Source: Cloacimonetes bacterium UBA5835 (lineage in GTDB: Bacteria; Cloacimonadota; Cloacimonadia; Cloacimonadales; Cloacimonadaceae). From it: a stretch of 64,000 nucleotides of DNA. The translations under genes were made by a program, and so were the position numbers. Location of the stretch: contig DJGX01000033.1 of the NCBI GenBank assembly GCA_002432865.1, forward strand, positions 4,122 through 68,121, written 5' to 3'. Of the stretch, positions 40,029 through 49,914 are shown piece by piece (positions within the stretch are counted from its first letter, which is position 1; each line of letters begins with the position of its first letter). Below the pieces are notes generated by a model that did not search any database, was not told the origin of the DNA, and saw only the letters and a program-made list of their open reading frames with translations.

Positions 40029-40216
40029 AAGCTTTTTAGGAGTTATTACTATTTAATTGATAACAGGGTAAGCCCCTATATGTAGTTGATGGAACTGAGG
40101 CATAATCTAAGATGATATTTACATTCTGCAGATTAGATTATATATAAAAAAAGGAATTTTCTTCAGGCGATATTTTTGTAGCCTGAAATAAGTTTTATAA
40201 AGCCTATGGAGGTATA

Positions 40217-41242
40217 ATGTTAAAGCACCACATATTGGTATTCAGCTTAATGCTGATGCTTGTTCTACCTTTTACCCTGTCTGGAATATCTCAGGCAGCA
40301 ATGTTATTCTTAACTTTTGAACCTGGTGCTCGTGCCAATGGTATGGGACGTGCCTATTCTGCAATTGCAGATGACGCATATTCAATGTGGTGGAATCCTG
40401 GAGCTACTGCATTTAACAAAGATACTCAAATTGCTGCAACTCATATACCGTGGTTACAAGGTTCTGGAATAGAAGATATCTTCTATGAGTATTTAGGTTT
40501 TAATCACTATTTTTATGGTATAGGCAATATTAATGCGCATATAATCTGGCTTGATGCTGGAACACAGACACAAACCAGTTCCAGTAATGTTGATCTTGGT
40601 GATTTTCATACCTATGAAGTGTCTGGAGCTTTAGGTTATGGATATGAAGTAGTACCAGATAAAATAGGGGTAGGAGGCAATTTCAAGCTTTTATATTCCT
40701 ACCTTGGCCCAAGTGCTGGATTTACTGAACCTGAAGGTTCTGCTTTCAGTTTTGCTTTTGATGCAGGTGCATTGTTCAAAGATGTTGTAGTAGATAATTT
40801 GAATGCTTCCATCGTTTTACAAAATATAGGCCCGGATATCACATACAGTGATAAAGAACAAGCAGATCCTTGCCCGATGACTTTTAGAGCCGGTCTTGGT
40901 TATACTGTTTTTGATAATCCTATGGGGCGTTTAATTACAACTGCAGAGATGAGTAAAATTCTGGCAAATGAGGACCCTTTGTATCAAAGATTGATAACCG
41001 GATGGAAGTATTTTGACGAGACAATATATGGAGTAGGTGCAGAGTATACTTATCTAAATCTGATCTCTTTACGAGGTGGTTATTATTCTGATAAAGAGGG
41101 AGAAGTTGAAGGAGCCAGTTTTGGAGTAGGTGTTGAATATAAATTCAGTAAGCGTTATAAGCTTGGTTTCGATTTTGCTATGGTTCCTGCAGGTGGACTG
41201 ACTGATTACAATAAAATATTCTCTTTAGGGTTTGAATTTTAA
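40217..41242 (+). CDS. porV: PorV/PorQ-family outer-membrane protein (T9SS-associated)
   Basis: LTFEPGARANGMGRAY..DDAYSMWWNPGA N-terminus, LRGGY, C-terminal LGFEF. Confidence 0.8.
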   Translation: MLKHHILVFSLMLMLVLPFTLSGISQAAMLFLTFEPGARANGMGRAYSAIADDAYSMWWNPGATAFNKDTQIAATHIPWLQGSGIEDIFYEYLGFNHYFYGIGNINAHIIWLDAGTQTQTSSSNVDLGDFHTYEVSGALGYGYEVVPDKIGVGGNFKLLYSYLGPSAGFTEPEGSAFSFAFDAGALFKDVVVDNLNASIVLQNIGPDITYSDKEQADPCPMTFRAGLGYTVFDNPMGRLITTAEMSKILANEDPLYQRLITGWKYFDETIYGVGAEYTYLNLISLRGGYYSDKEGEVEGASFGVGVEYKFSKRYKLGFDFAMVPAGGLTDYNKIFSLGFEF

Positions 41243-41440
41243 CTCCTAATAAAATAATGCAAAAAAAAATATATAGGTAGTTGTTTGATGAGGGCTGCTA
41301 AGTCTCTTAAGAATGGAAGTCCTCGTCGAACACCTTTATCTGTTGATATAATGTTATTGACAATTTTTTTGATAATTCAATATTAGAGTAGTATTGGTTA
41401 TATATAAAGTAACCTCGAACACAGGATCAAAATTAATAAT

Positions 41441-44400
41441 ATGAAAAAGCTATCATTACTGCTACTATCCCTATTGGTAATATCTATATTACCTGCCCAA
41501 AAGATGTTTTTAAGTAAAACTGGCGAATATAGTAAACTACTAAAACATCCTTATTTAGATCAATTAATTCAATCCAATTCCAAACTAGATGCAATAAGAA
41601 AGGATTCTGCCAATTATAACCGTTTGTTGGTAATTTTGGTTGATTTTACTTTAGAAGAACCGGATGATTTCAATACCACTGGCAACGGCAAATTCCAGCT
41701 TGAACCCGATCCTGAATATATTTATTCAATTGGAGCTCCTCCTCATAACAGACAATATTATGAAGCCAATCTGGATGCCCTAAAATATTATTATTTAGCT
41801 GTTTCAGCAGGTTCTTATGAACTCCAATATGATGTATATCCTAAAGATAAAGTTGCTTATACATTACCTAAAAGTATGGGATATTATAATCCTCCGGGAG
41901 CAAGTTCAGAACTATTTGTTAGCAGAATGGAAGAATATTTCAAGACTGCTTTTGAATTAGCAGATAGTTTAGATGAGGAAATTGATTTTGCCAGTTATAG
42001 CCATTATATGATTATTCATTCTGGATCTGATTGGCAACATGATATTTCTGCAAACACTCCTTCCGATCTTCCTTCTTTTTATATCAGAGTTGGCGATGGC
42101 AAAGAAGCAGTTGTTGATAATGGTACAGTCCTTATATCACATTCTTGTAATGTTCCCGAAACTATCTCTCAGGATTTTTATATCAGCCAGAGTAATGGAC
42201 AAAATATTCATAATGGCTATGGAGCTTTAAATTCTGTTATAGCACACGAATTTGGGCACTCCTTAGGAATGGTAGATTTATACAATGTATACAATTCTTC
42301 TCCTATGGTAGGCGTGTTTGATATTATGGATAGTGGGGGTTCCGGGATATTAGTTGATGAATTAGAAAATGGGGACATTGTTTATGTGGAAGGTGCCTTA
42401 CCAACATTACCGGGGGCTTTTTCTCGCAATTTAATGTTTCGGGATAATTATCTCGAGCGGGGGTTATTAAAAGAATTTCCCGATTTTCCTGTTTCATCAG
42501 AACTATCCTTGAATGCAATCAGTGCTATGCAAAATACAACTGATCCTGTTCCTCACACTTACAAAATTCCACTAAATGCCAAAGAATATATTTTAGTAGA
42601 AAACCGCAATGTAGATCCTGACGGTGATGGAGGTACAGCAGTTTACGGAGCATTGGATGGAAGAGTTGTTTTATACCCAACTCCCTTTGAAGATATAACT
42701 CCTCCACCTCCCACTTATGAATATGATTATCTTCTACCTTCATTTATAAAAACTAACGGATCAGCAATAGGTGGCGGAATCTTGGTTTGGCATATAAACG
42801 AAGCTATTCTATATGATGAAGGCCAAACTGATAGCTTTGGTAATTGGACCAGTAATTTTGATGCCAATACAGTGAATACTAATTTTTACCGAAAAGCGGT
42901 TTCAATTATTGAAGCTGATGGACTTACAGACCTGGGTAGTGAGTATTCTATGTATTGGACAGGCACACCTTACGATTACTTCCATACACATAAACCAATA
43001 CTTGATTCTGGTGGTTTATTTGTCAACTGGAGCCAGGAACTTTGGAAACCAGAACTTACTCCCAACACAAAACCACCTTTGGTGGATAGTTTTAATATGC
43101 CTGGTTTTTATCATTTAAAACAGATAAGCAATCCATCTCGTAAGATGAGTTTTCGGGTAGAAAGTGGTTTATTTGATAGCACTCATATTCTGGATTATGA
43201 TTCTGCTACCACGATAACAGGTCCTGTAATAAATTCTGGATTTAGCGAATGGAACATTCCCGTGTTAAAAACAGGAAATGTAAATTTGCTAAGTAATAAC
43301 AACGGTATCTGGCAAGATCTTATGGGAGATTATACTATCTCATTTTCTTCTACTGATTATCCCTTACAAAGAATGGATATCAATCAGGACGGCTTTTGGG
43401 AATTAGTAGGCATAGAGAATAATCAACTTTATTCTATCGATTGGGCTAATGATGATCTTATTGTAAAAACAATCACTTTCCCTAATCCTCCTACTACTAC
43501 TCCTTTATCTATGGATAATTCGCTTATAGTAGGTACCGATGAAGGCATATATGCTTTGAATAACTTCGTTGAACCGTATTATGTTTCTATTCGAGGAATA
43601 AAATGCCTGGCAGGGTATGATGATAAAATAATAGCTTTAGGCGAAAACTGTTTTAAGATTTTTTCCACAGTAGACTTAAGCTTAATAAGTGAGTTTTCTC
43701 TTCCAGAATCCTTTGGCAATATTGAACCACTAATTTATACCAATCCCGATAGAACAATCACTATGATTTTTGTTATGTCTAATAGTGGGAATCTATATCG
43801 TCTATATCAAAACCGACTGGAATTAATCTTTCAAAATCACAGTAATAATACACCTGGCCAATTAGCTTGTACTTCTTTAGGTGATATATCGCCAGTTTTA
43901 TTCTTTGGTATCGGTAACCAATTTTATGCTCTAAAAGCTGATGGAACCAAACTAACCAACTTCCCTATTGTATCTTATGATACAGTTTCCAGTTGGGAAA
44001 GCCCTATGGCTTTACAACTTAATGTGGATGAGACCCTATTCTATCCTTTACGAGGTAGTGGTTATTTAGCTGTAGATAAATACGGGAAAATAGTTCCAGA
44101 TATGAGTTTGTCGGTAAATCGGGAACACAAATCAGATTATCTTTTTTACAATCAACAGCAACAATCATTATGTTGGTATTATACAGATAATTCCGGTAAG
44201 CTATATATTCACACAAAAAATGGTATATCAACCAATCCTATTCTTTTTGCTGGTTTCAGAAATGGGGCTAGCGGCTGTGCCATTTTTGATTTTAAGGATG
44301 AGAGCACTAGTTCCACTGAAAAGTATGCCTATATATATCCCAATCCTGTTCGCAAAAACTATTTCAAGATAAATCTTCAGAACTATTATGGCCAAACAAA

Positions 44401-44575
44401 ACTGTGGCTTTATGACATCAGCGGAACTTTAATTCGCAATTTAGTAATTCCTGAAACTCTGAACAACCCCAGAGATTTTGAGCTGAGCACTAAGGGTCTT
44501 AGTTCCGGAGTATATATTATGATTTTAGAAAACGGTTGTACAACAAAGCAACTTAAGTTTGCCATAGAAAAATGA
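41441..44575 (+). CDS. Secreted M6 (immune inhibitor A-like) metalloprotease with T9SS type A C-terminal domain
   Basis: Signal peptide, LLVILVDF, AHEFGHSLGMVDLY zinc motif, FDIMDSG, ENR; C-terminal IYPNP...YDISG...LSSGVYI. Confidence 0.8.
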   Translation: MKKLSLLLLSLLVISILPAQKMFLSKTGEYSKLLKHPYLDQLIQSNSKLDAIRKDSANYNRLLVILVDFTLEEPDDFNTTGNGKFQLEPDPEYIYSIGAPPHNRQYYEANLDALKYYYLAVSAGSYELQYDVYPKDKVAYTLPKSMGYYNPPGASSELFVSRMEEYFKTAFELADSLDEEIDFASYSHYMIIHSGSDWQHDISANTPSDLPSFYIRVGDGKEAVVDNGTVLISHSCNVPETISQDFYISQSNGQNIHNGYGALNSVIAHEFGHSLGMVDLYNVYNSSPMVGVFDIMDSGGSGILVDELENGDIVYVEGALPTLPGAFSRNLMFRDNYLERGLLKEFPDFPVSSELSLNAISAMQNTTDPVPHTYKIPLNAKEYILVENRNVDPDGDGGTAVYGALDGRVVLYPTPFEDITPPPPTYEYDYLLPSFIKTNGSAIGGGILVWHINEAILYDEGQTDSFGNWTSNFDANTVNTNFYRKAVSIIEADGLTDLGSEYSMYWTGTPYDYFHTHKPILDSGGLFVNWSQELWKPELTPNTKPPLVDSFNMPGFYHLKQISNPSRKMSFRVESGLFDSTHILDYDSATTITGPVINSGFSEWNIPVLKTGNVNLLSNNNGIWQDLMGDYTISFSSTDYPLQRMDINQDGFWELVGIENNQLYSIDWANDDLIVKTITFPNPPTTTPLSMDNSLIVGTDEGIYALNNFVEPYYVSIRGIKCLAGYDDKIIALGENCFKIFSTVDLSLISEFSLPESFGNIEPLIYTNPDRTITMIFVMSNSGNLYRLYQNRLELIFQNHSNNTPGQLACTSLGDISPVLFFGIGNQFYALKADGTKLTNFPIVSYDTVSSWESPMALQLNVDETLFYPLRGSGYLAVDKYGKIVPDMSLSVNREHKSDYLFYNQQQQSLCWYYTDNSGKLYIHTKNGISTNPILFAGFRNGASGCAIFDFKDESTSSTEKYAYIYPNPVRKNYFKINLQNYYGQTKLWLYDISGTLIRNLVIPETLNNPRDFELSTKGLSSGVYIMILENGCTTKQLKFAIEK

Positions 44576-44593
44576 TCTATTAAGGAGTTCACA

Positions 44594-45562
44594 ATGAAAA
44601 AAACAGCTTTACTATCGCTTCTCCTTATCTTTAGCTTTTGTCTATTTGGGCAAAATAAACAGGAGACAGACATTGACCAGTGGCTGTATCAAACAGAAGA
44701 AGAAAATATAGATGCATCCCGAGATACAGTTATTACAAACGATTTAATAAAAGTTAACTACAATCAAAAAAGCGCTCATTTAGCAATGGCAATGTCTATG
44801 TTGATTCCAGGTACAGGTCAATTTTATGCCAATCGAACAGCTATTACAACTTATATTTTCCCGATATTAGAACTTGGTTTTATTGGTGGGATTGTATATT
44901 ACAATAAACAGGGTAACGATAAAACCGATAAATATGAAAAATATGCCAATGGAGAACTTGTTACTTACCTTACTCCTGATGGAACTCCAATATCAGGATA
45001 TCGTTATGAAAGAGGAAGGCAAAATCAGATTCAGGATATCTTGAAAGATATTAATACCGTTGATATATATGAAGATACCTATTTCCGCTTGGACGAGAAT
45101 AATTCTCAGCATTTTTATGAAGACATCGGGAAATATCCACATTATGTTTTCGGATGGATGGATTGGTATTACCGTTTTGCAGCTGACGAATCAGGAAATT
45201 TTGTTACTCCACGTTGGCAATTTGATGGCCCCAACGATAGCCCTCACACTCACTGGACAGGCAATTATCCCATTTGTGGACAAAATACAGATATAGCCAT
45301 TTCTATTAATTCACATGAGATGAGCCGAATGAGGCAAACTTATATTAAAATGCGCAATGATGCTAAAGATGATTATGGTATCGCCCATCTTTTTACTTTT
45401 GGTTTAGCTTTTAACCACCTTGTATCAGGGCTTGATGCTGTCCGCGTAACCAGAAATTTTAACCGTTATTATATTTCTCAGGCAGCTCCTTCCTTTAATT
45501 TCTATGCAGCAATGCCTTCAGGAAATGTAACCCCTATGGTAGGTTTTAAGTGGATGTTTTAA
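44594..45562 (+). CDS. Exported envelope protein, paralogue 1 (S.LIPG.GQ.Y motif)
   Basis: Signal peptide; SMLIPGTGQFY; NHLVSGLDA; ends GFKWMF. Confidence 0.7.
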   Translation: MKKTALLSLLLIFSFCLFGQNKQETDIDQWLYQTEEENIDASRDTVITNDLIKVNYNQKSAHLAMAMSMLIPGTGQFYANRTAITTYIFPILELGFIGGIVYYNKQGNDKTDKYEKYANGELVTYLTPDGTPISGYRYERGRQNQIQDILKDINTVDIYEDTYFRLDENNSQHFYEDIGKYPHYVFGWMDWYYRFAADESGNFVTPRWQFDGPNDSPHTHWTGNYPICGQNTDIAISINSHEMSRMRQTYIKMRNDAKDDYGIAHLFTFGLAFNHLVSGLDAVRVTRNFNRYYISQAAPSFNFYAAMPSGNVTPMVGFKWMF

Positions 45563-46209
45563 AATATAAATTCTGGCTGATTGTTTTAATCGTATTATCA
45601 GCTTCTATTCCGCTATTGGCTTTACCCAAAATAGTATATCCTGTTTCTTCTTTAATATTACCGGGAAGCGGAGAATTACTTTTGGGACATAACACAAGAG
45701 GAGCAACTTTGTTAGGAGCGGATCTTGTAAATCTATATGCATTTTACGCTACAGACAAAGAAATTGATTTGCAAAAAGAGAACTATATGAAATTTGCGGA
45801 ACTTTATGCAGGGGTTCCTTATGGAATGCCAAAACAGCACTATCAGGCAGTTCAAAATTATCCCAGTAGTTCTTATTACAATAATATCCAAGATATGATG
45901 GCAAGAAACTATTATCTGATATACAATTATGATCCTCAATCTTACACTGATTATATCGCTGCTAATACTTATCAAGGTGATGAAGAATGGAATTGGCAAA
46001 GCGAAGATAAATGGAATCAATACAAAGCTATTCGCAAAAGACATCAGAAAGCGAAAATGAACAATCAGCTCTGTCTAGGATTATTACTTCTTAATCGCTG
46101 CCTCAGTGTTATTGATAGCTCCATTCTATCTAAAAAGGAAATGGGTAATGTATATCTATCTCCTTTATCAAACGAAGGCGCTATGCTGCATTATCAAATA
46201 GACTTTTAG
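45550..46209 (+). CDS. Exported envelope protein, paralogue 2
   Basis: GTG start; SLILPGSGEL; QWNW-like EEWNWQS; NRCLSVIDS; ends HYQIDF. Confidence 0.7.
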   Translation: MDVLKYKFWLIVLIVLSASIPLLALPKIVYPVSSLILPGSGELLLGHNTRGATLLGADLVNLYAFYATDKEIDLQKENYMKFAELYAGVPYGMPKQHYQAVQNYPSSSYYNNIQDMMARNYYLIYNYDPQSYTDYIAANTYQGDEEWNWQSEDKWNQYKAIRKRHQKAKMNNQLCLGLLLLNRCLSVIDSSILSKKEMGNVYLSPLSNEGAMLHYQIDF

Positions 46210-46219
46210 GAGTAACATT

Positions 46220-46867
46220 TTGAAACGTATATATATTTTTCTGCTGATCATTCTTTTTGCTGCAATGTTATTTGCAGAAAACCGTAGTTTGATGGTTTTA
46301 AAATCTTTGGCGGTTCCTGGCTTGTCTCAAATAAATTCCGGAAAGGAATACGGCTATGTAATGCTTACTACAGAGGCCTTAATTATTGGCTCACTTTTTT
46401 ATTTCAATAGTGAAAGCGACATATTAAAGCAGGAATCTTATGAGTATGCCATAAAATATGCTCATCTTGCTCCCGGACATTACAGTGATACATATTTTAA
46501 GCACTTAGCCCGTTATGAAAGTAGCGGTTTTGATGCCGGAGGCTATAATAACTGGATTCGCCAAACTGCTCTGGAATTATATCCTTACGACCCCGCTATG
46601 CAACAACAGTATATGGCAGAAAATTGTTATACAGATGATCAATACTGGCATTGGGATAGTTCGGAAAATCGTAATCAGTATAATAAAATACGCAATCGCA
46701 GTAACGATTACAGAGATTATGCTATGGTAACAGGAGGCATTTTACTACTAAATCATCTGACAAGTGCTATTGATGTTATGCGTTGGAGTGCAGAAGCTAA
46801 GCGAGGTAATATCTCTTTTTCTCTTAAGGAAAGAACACCTATCCTTCAGCTAAACTATCAATGGTAA
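46220..46867 (+). CDS. Exported envelope protein, paralogue 3
   Basis: TTG start with AGGAG RBS; SLAVPGLSQ; QYWHWDS; NHLTSAIDV; ends LNYQW. Confidence 0.7.
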   Translation: MKRIYIFLLIILFAAMLFAENRSLMVLKSLAVPGLSQINSGKEYGYVMLTTEALIIGSLFYFNSESDILKQESYEYAIKYAHLAPGHYSDTYFKHLARYESSGFDAGGYNNWIRQTALELYPYDPAMQQQYMAENCYTDDQYWHWDSSENRNQYNKIRNRSNDYRDYAMVTGGILLLNHLTSAIDVMRWSAEAKRGNISFSLKERTPILQLNYQW

Positions 46868-46880
46868 ACCTTTTTCTGTA

Positions 46881-47363
46881 TCAGAGTTTCTCCTGATAAT
46901 AGAATAATTCCTCTTCCTCATTTTGCCAACTATAATGAACTTGACCAATAAAGATAGTATGATCTCCGCTGCGAATTTCAGATACAACCTCACATTCAAA
47001 ACATGCAACGGCATCTTTCAAAACTGGTAATTTATTCAATTTACCCTGAATATACTCCACTTTGGCAACCGTAAATTTATCCATATCTCTCCCTGAATTC
47101 GAGCCACACAAAGATAAAAGCTGCTTCATTTTAAGCGATGGAAAGACCAAATTAAAATATCGATTTGCCTGAAGACATTCATGAGAATATCGGCTTTCGC
47201 CAATTGATATTGCAAACATCGGAGGCTGAAGAGAAGTGCGCATAAACCACTCAATCGTTATTAGATTATAACCACTCGTCGGCTTTTGCGTTACTACCAG
47301 TGCTACTTTGGCTGGTAAATGAACTTTTCCATAACTTACAGGCAATTCTGAAAGTTTAATCAT
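46881..47363 (-). CDS. Flavin reductase-like (DIM6/NTAB family) protein
   Basis: PPMFAISIG, CGSNSGRDMDKF, GDHTIFIGQV. Confidence 0.88.
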   Translation of the reverse strand: MIKLSELPVSYGKVHLPAKVALVVTQKPTSGYNLITIEWFMRTSLQPPMFAISIGESRYSHECLQANRYFNLVFPSLKMKQLLSLCGSNSGRDMDKFTVAKVEYIQGKLNKLPVLKDAVACFECEVVSEIRSGDHTIFIGQVHYSWQNEEEELFYYQEKL

Positions 47364-47987
47364 CTTATCTCCTAAGCAATATTAGTTATATATATTATAG
47401 CCCAAATTTGAAGTTTTGCAACCTCAAGATTGATTTTCCCTCGGCCTGTTAATAGATACAGCTTTGCATTCTTAGTGTTATGAATCTGGGCTCAAAACCT
47501 GCCATAATTTCCATAATGCTATCGAATATAGTAAGATCCATTTACAATAATCCGCTGCTATACATAGAACCTACAAAATTCAAAGGAAATAACAGTATCA
47601 CTTTTATGCTGTTTATTAAAAACCAATCGTCCAATTTCCTTCATGAAAATGGGCATAGCTTTCTAAAAATAGAGATAAGCTTACCCAGAATATCTGCAAA
47701 ATCGGATTATTTTGAAGAAGCGCCAAAAAAATATTTTCCCGCCCAAAATATAGCTGTAAGCTTGTAACAATGCGGAAAATTGCATAGTTACAGCTTACTT
47801 TAAAGAATAAATATTTTGAGAAAATAACAACTTATTGCCTGCCAAATAGTTAAGCCCCTAAACTTGATAAATGAGCTTAAGAGTATATAGCCATAACTAT
47901 AAGTAGTATAAAATGATAAACTTTCCACCTTGAACCCTGATGTTGAAAAAAATACTCTATCTATTTATAAAAAAACGCATTTTGCAC

Positions 47988-48016
47988 TTGACAATAAAAA
48001 CGAGATCTCATATAAG
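47988..48016 (+). promoter_or_regulatory. Sigma70 promoter of the dcw operon
   Basis: TTGACA (47988-47993), 17 bp, TATAAG (48011-48016). Confidence 0.7.
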
Positions 48017-48139
48017 AACCATAGAAAGTCATAAAAACTCAAAATATCTCAAGGCGGTTCTAAAAAATGAGTCAAAAAAGCACGGACTTTAAAGAAAAAG
48101 AGCTTTATAAAGGGAAACTCTAAAAAAAGGATTTCGAGT

Positions 48140-48580
48140 ATGTCTGGTGAATTTCTTGGTATTTTCGAAAATTCAGTGAACAAGCAAAGGGTAATAATTC
48201 CCGCAGCATTCAAAAAGAAGTTTTCTGAGGAATCGGAAAAGAAAGTTATTGTTACTCTGGGGCCCAATGATACAATAGCTATCTATCCTTTGGATAACTG
48301 GAATGAAACCCTGGAACGTTTAAGAATTGGTGACGAGCATAGCAATAAACTTCGCACCCAATTAATCGATTTTGCTATGACAGAACAGGAATTAGAGGGT
48401 CCGGGAAGAATTCGTATTCTGGAAAGGTTGCTGAATGAAGTAAATATTACAGATAGTGTTATTATTAAAGGCGAGGGGCATTATATTTCACTTTGGAATC
48501 CCAAGGTTTATAATGAAGTTCGTGCCAGCAAACTTAATCAACACCGCAAAGAATTTACTTCAGAGGATTATCAGCTATGA
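48140..48580 (+). CDS. mraZ: Division/cell-wall cluster transcriptional regulator MraZ
   Basis: Two AbrB-like halves (RVIIPAAF; GRIRI...IIKGEGHYISLW); first gene before rsmH. Confidence 0.88.
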   Translation: MSGEFLGIFENSVNKQRVIIPAAFKKKFSEESEKKVIVTLGPNDTIAIYPLDNWNETLERLRIGDEHSNKLRTQLIDFAMTEQELEGPGRIRILERLLNEVNITDSVIIKGEGHYISLWNPKVYNEVRASKLNQHRKEFTSEDYQL

Positions 48581-49575
48581 TATTTCACACTCCAGTAATG
48601 GCAGAAAAGTGCATCTCTTATTTAAATTTGAGAGCTGGGAAAATATATGTTGATGCAACAACCGGAGGTGGAGGACACAGCTTAGCAATGTTAAAATCTG
48701 AACCGTCCATAAGATTATATTGTTTCGATCAGGATATGGAAGCAATTGAAGAAGCAAGTAAAAAACTAAGTAACTATGAAAATGTAGAATTGATAAAAGC
48801 TAATTTCCAACAGCTTCGTACTGAGCTTGCCTATCGTAAAGTGAAAGGTATTGATGGCATACTTTTTGATTTGGGTGTTTCTTCTCACCAGCTCAATAAT
48901 GAAAACCGGGGTTTTAGTTTTGAGAAAGATGCTCCTTTGGATATGCGAATGGATAGCAGCCAAGAATATAGTGCTTATGATGCAGTTAATGAATTAGACG
49001 CCAAAGAATTAGCTAGGATATTTAGAGATTATGGAGAAGAGCTAAATGCCTTTCGGATCGCTAAAGCCATAGAACGGAGCCCAAAACCTGTGAATACAAC
49101 AGGCGAATTAACCAGAATAATTGAAAGCGTTGTTGGAAAAGGAACTAAGGCCTCGCTTAAAACTAAAGTGCGTATATTTCAAGCATTAAGGATTTATGTA
49201 AATAAGGAATTGGAAGTTCTTGCTTCTACTTTGAAGGATGCTATAAATTTATTAAATCCGAAAGGTAGGATAGTGGTTCTTAGTTATCATTCTTTAGAAG
49301 ATCGAATCGTTAAACAAGAATTTAAGAGAGCAGAACAAGAATGTATATGCCCTCCCCGTTCCTTAGCTTGTAACTGTAACCATCATAAACAGTTAGTTAT
49401 TTTAACTTCCAAACCCATAACCGCATCAGAAGAAGAAATTTTGGCAAATCCTCGTTCGCGCAGCGCTAAATTGCGTGCTGCAGAAAAAGTTAAAGAGGAA
49501 AACAAAGAGGAAAAAACCTACCGCAAATCAAACCGGCAGAAAACACAGGAGGAAAAATGCGTGGCAAAATCCTGA
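48577..49575 (+). CDS. rsmH: 16S rRNA m4C1402 methyltransferase
   Basis: HTPVM, DATTGGGGHS, DLGVSS, LDMRMD, SYHSLEDR, NPRSRSAKLR. Confidence 0.96.
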   Translation: MIFHTPVMAEKCISYLNLRAGKIYVDATTGGGGHSLAMLKSEPSIRLYCFDQDMEAIEEASKKLSNYENVELIKANFQQLRTELAYRKVKGIDGILFDLGVSSHQLNNENRGFSFEKDAPLDMRMDSSQEYSAYDAVNELDAKELARIFRDYGEELNAFRIAKAIERSPKPVNTTGELTRIIESVVGKGTKASLKTKVRIFQALRIYVNKELEVLASTLKDAINLLNPKGRIVVLSYHSLEDRIVKQEFKRAEQECICPPRSLACNCNHHKQLVILTSKPITASEEEILANPRSRSAKLRAAEKVKEENKEEKTYRKSNRQKTQEEKCVAKS

Positions 49576-49913
49576 TACTTGTGTCCCTATTGGGAGTTGT
49601 GTTTTTTCTAAGCTTTTACAATAATAACCGAATCGTGCAATATACCAGACAAATTTCTGAGCTGGAAAAGACCTATTATGCGGAAAAAAACATCAATACT
49701 GAATTATTAGTAGAACTTGATGATTTACGCAGTGGGAGACATATTGCTTCTTTAGTAAGAGTAGAATTGAGCAATTTTATTCCTGATCAACAAGCAGGTA
49801 AAATTATATATGTACACGAGCCTTCAGCTAAACAAGATAAGAAGACCTATTGTATTATAGATCTATTAACTACTAAAGCTGAAGCTAAAAACATACAGGT
49901 TTTGTTGGATTGA
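49557..49913 (+). CDS. ftsL: FtsL-like cell division protein
   Basis: Single TM followed by a coiled coil, between rsmH and ftsI. Assignment is largely positional. Confidence 0.6.
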   Translation: MRGKILILVSLLGVVFFLSFYNNNRIVQYTRQISELEKTYYAEKNINTELLVELDDLRSGRHIASLVRVELSNFIPDQQAGKIIYVHEPSAKQDKKTYCIIDLLTTKAEAKNIQVLLD

Positions 49914-49914
49914 G

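Noticed and set aside
41282-41332. Hammerhead ribozyme or SRP RNA identity for the hairpin (UGAUGAG and AGCAGCC submotifs)
   Set aside because: No complete CUGAUGA...GAAA core or SRP helix-8 symmetric loop.
47480-47767. 95-aa ORF in the gap before mraZ
   Set aside because: No RBS or motif; probably spurious.
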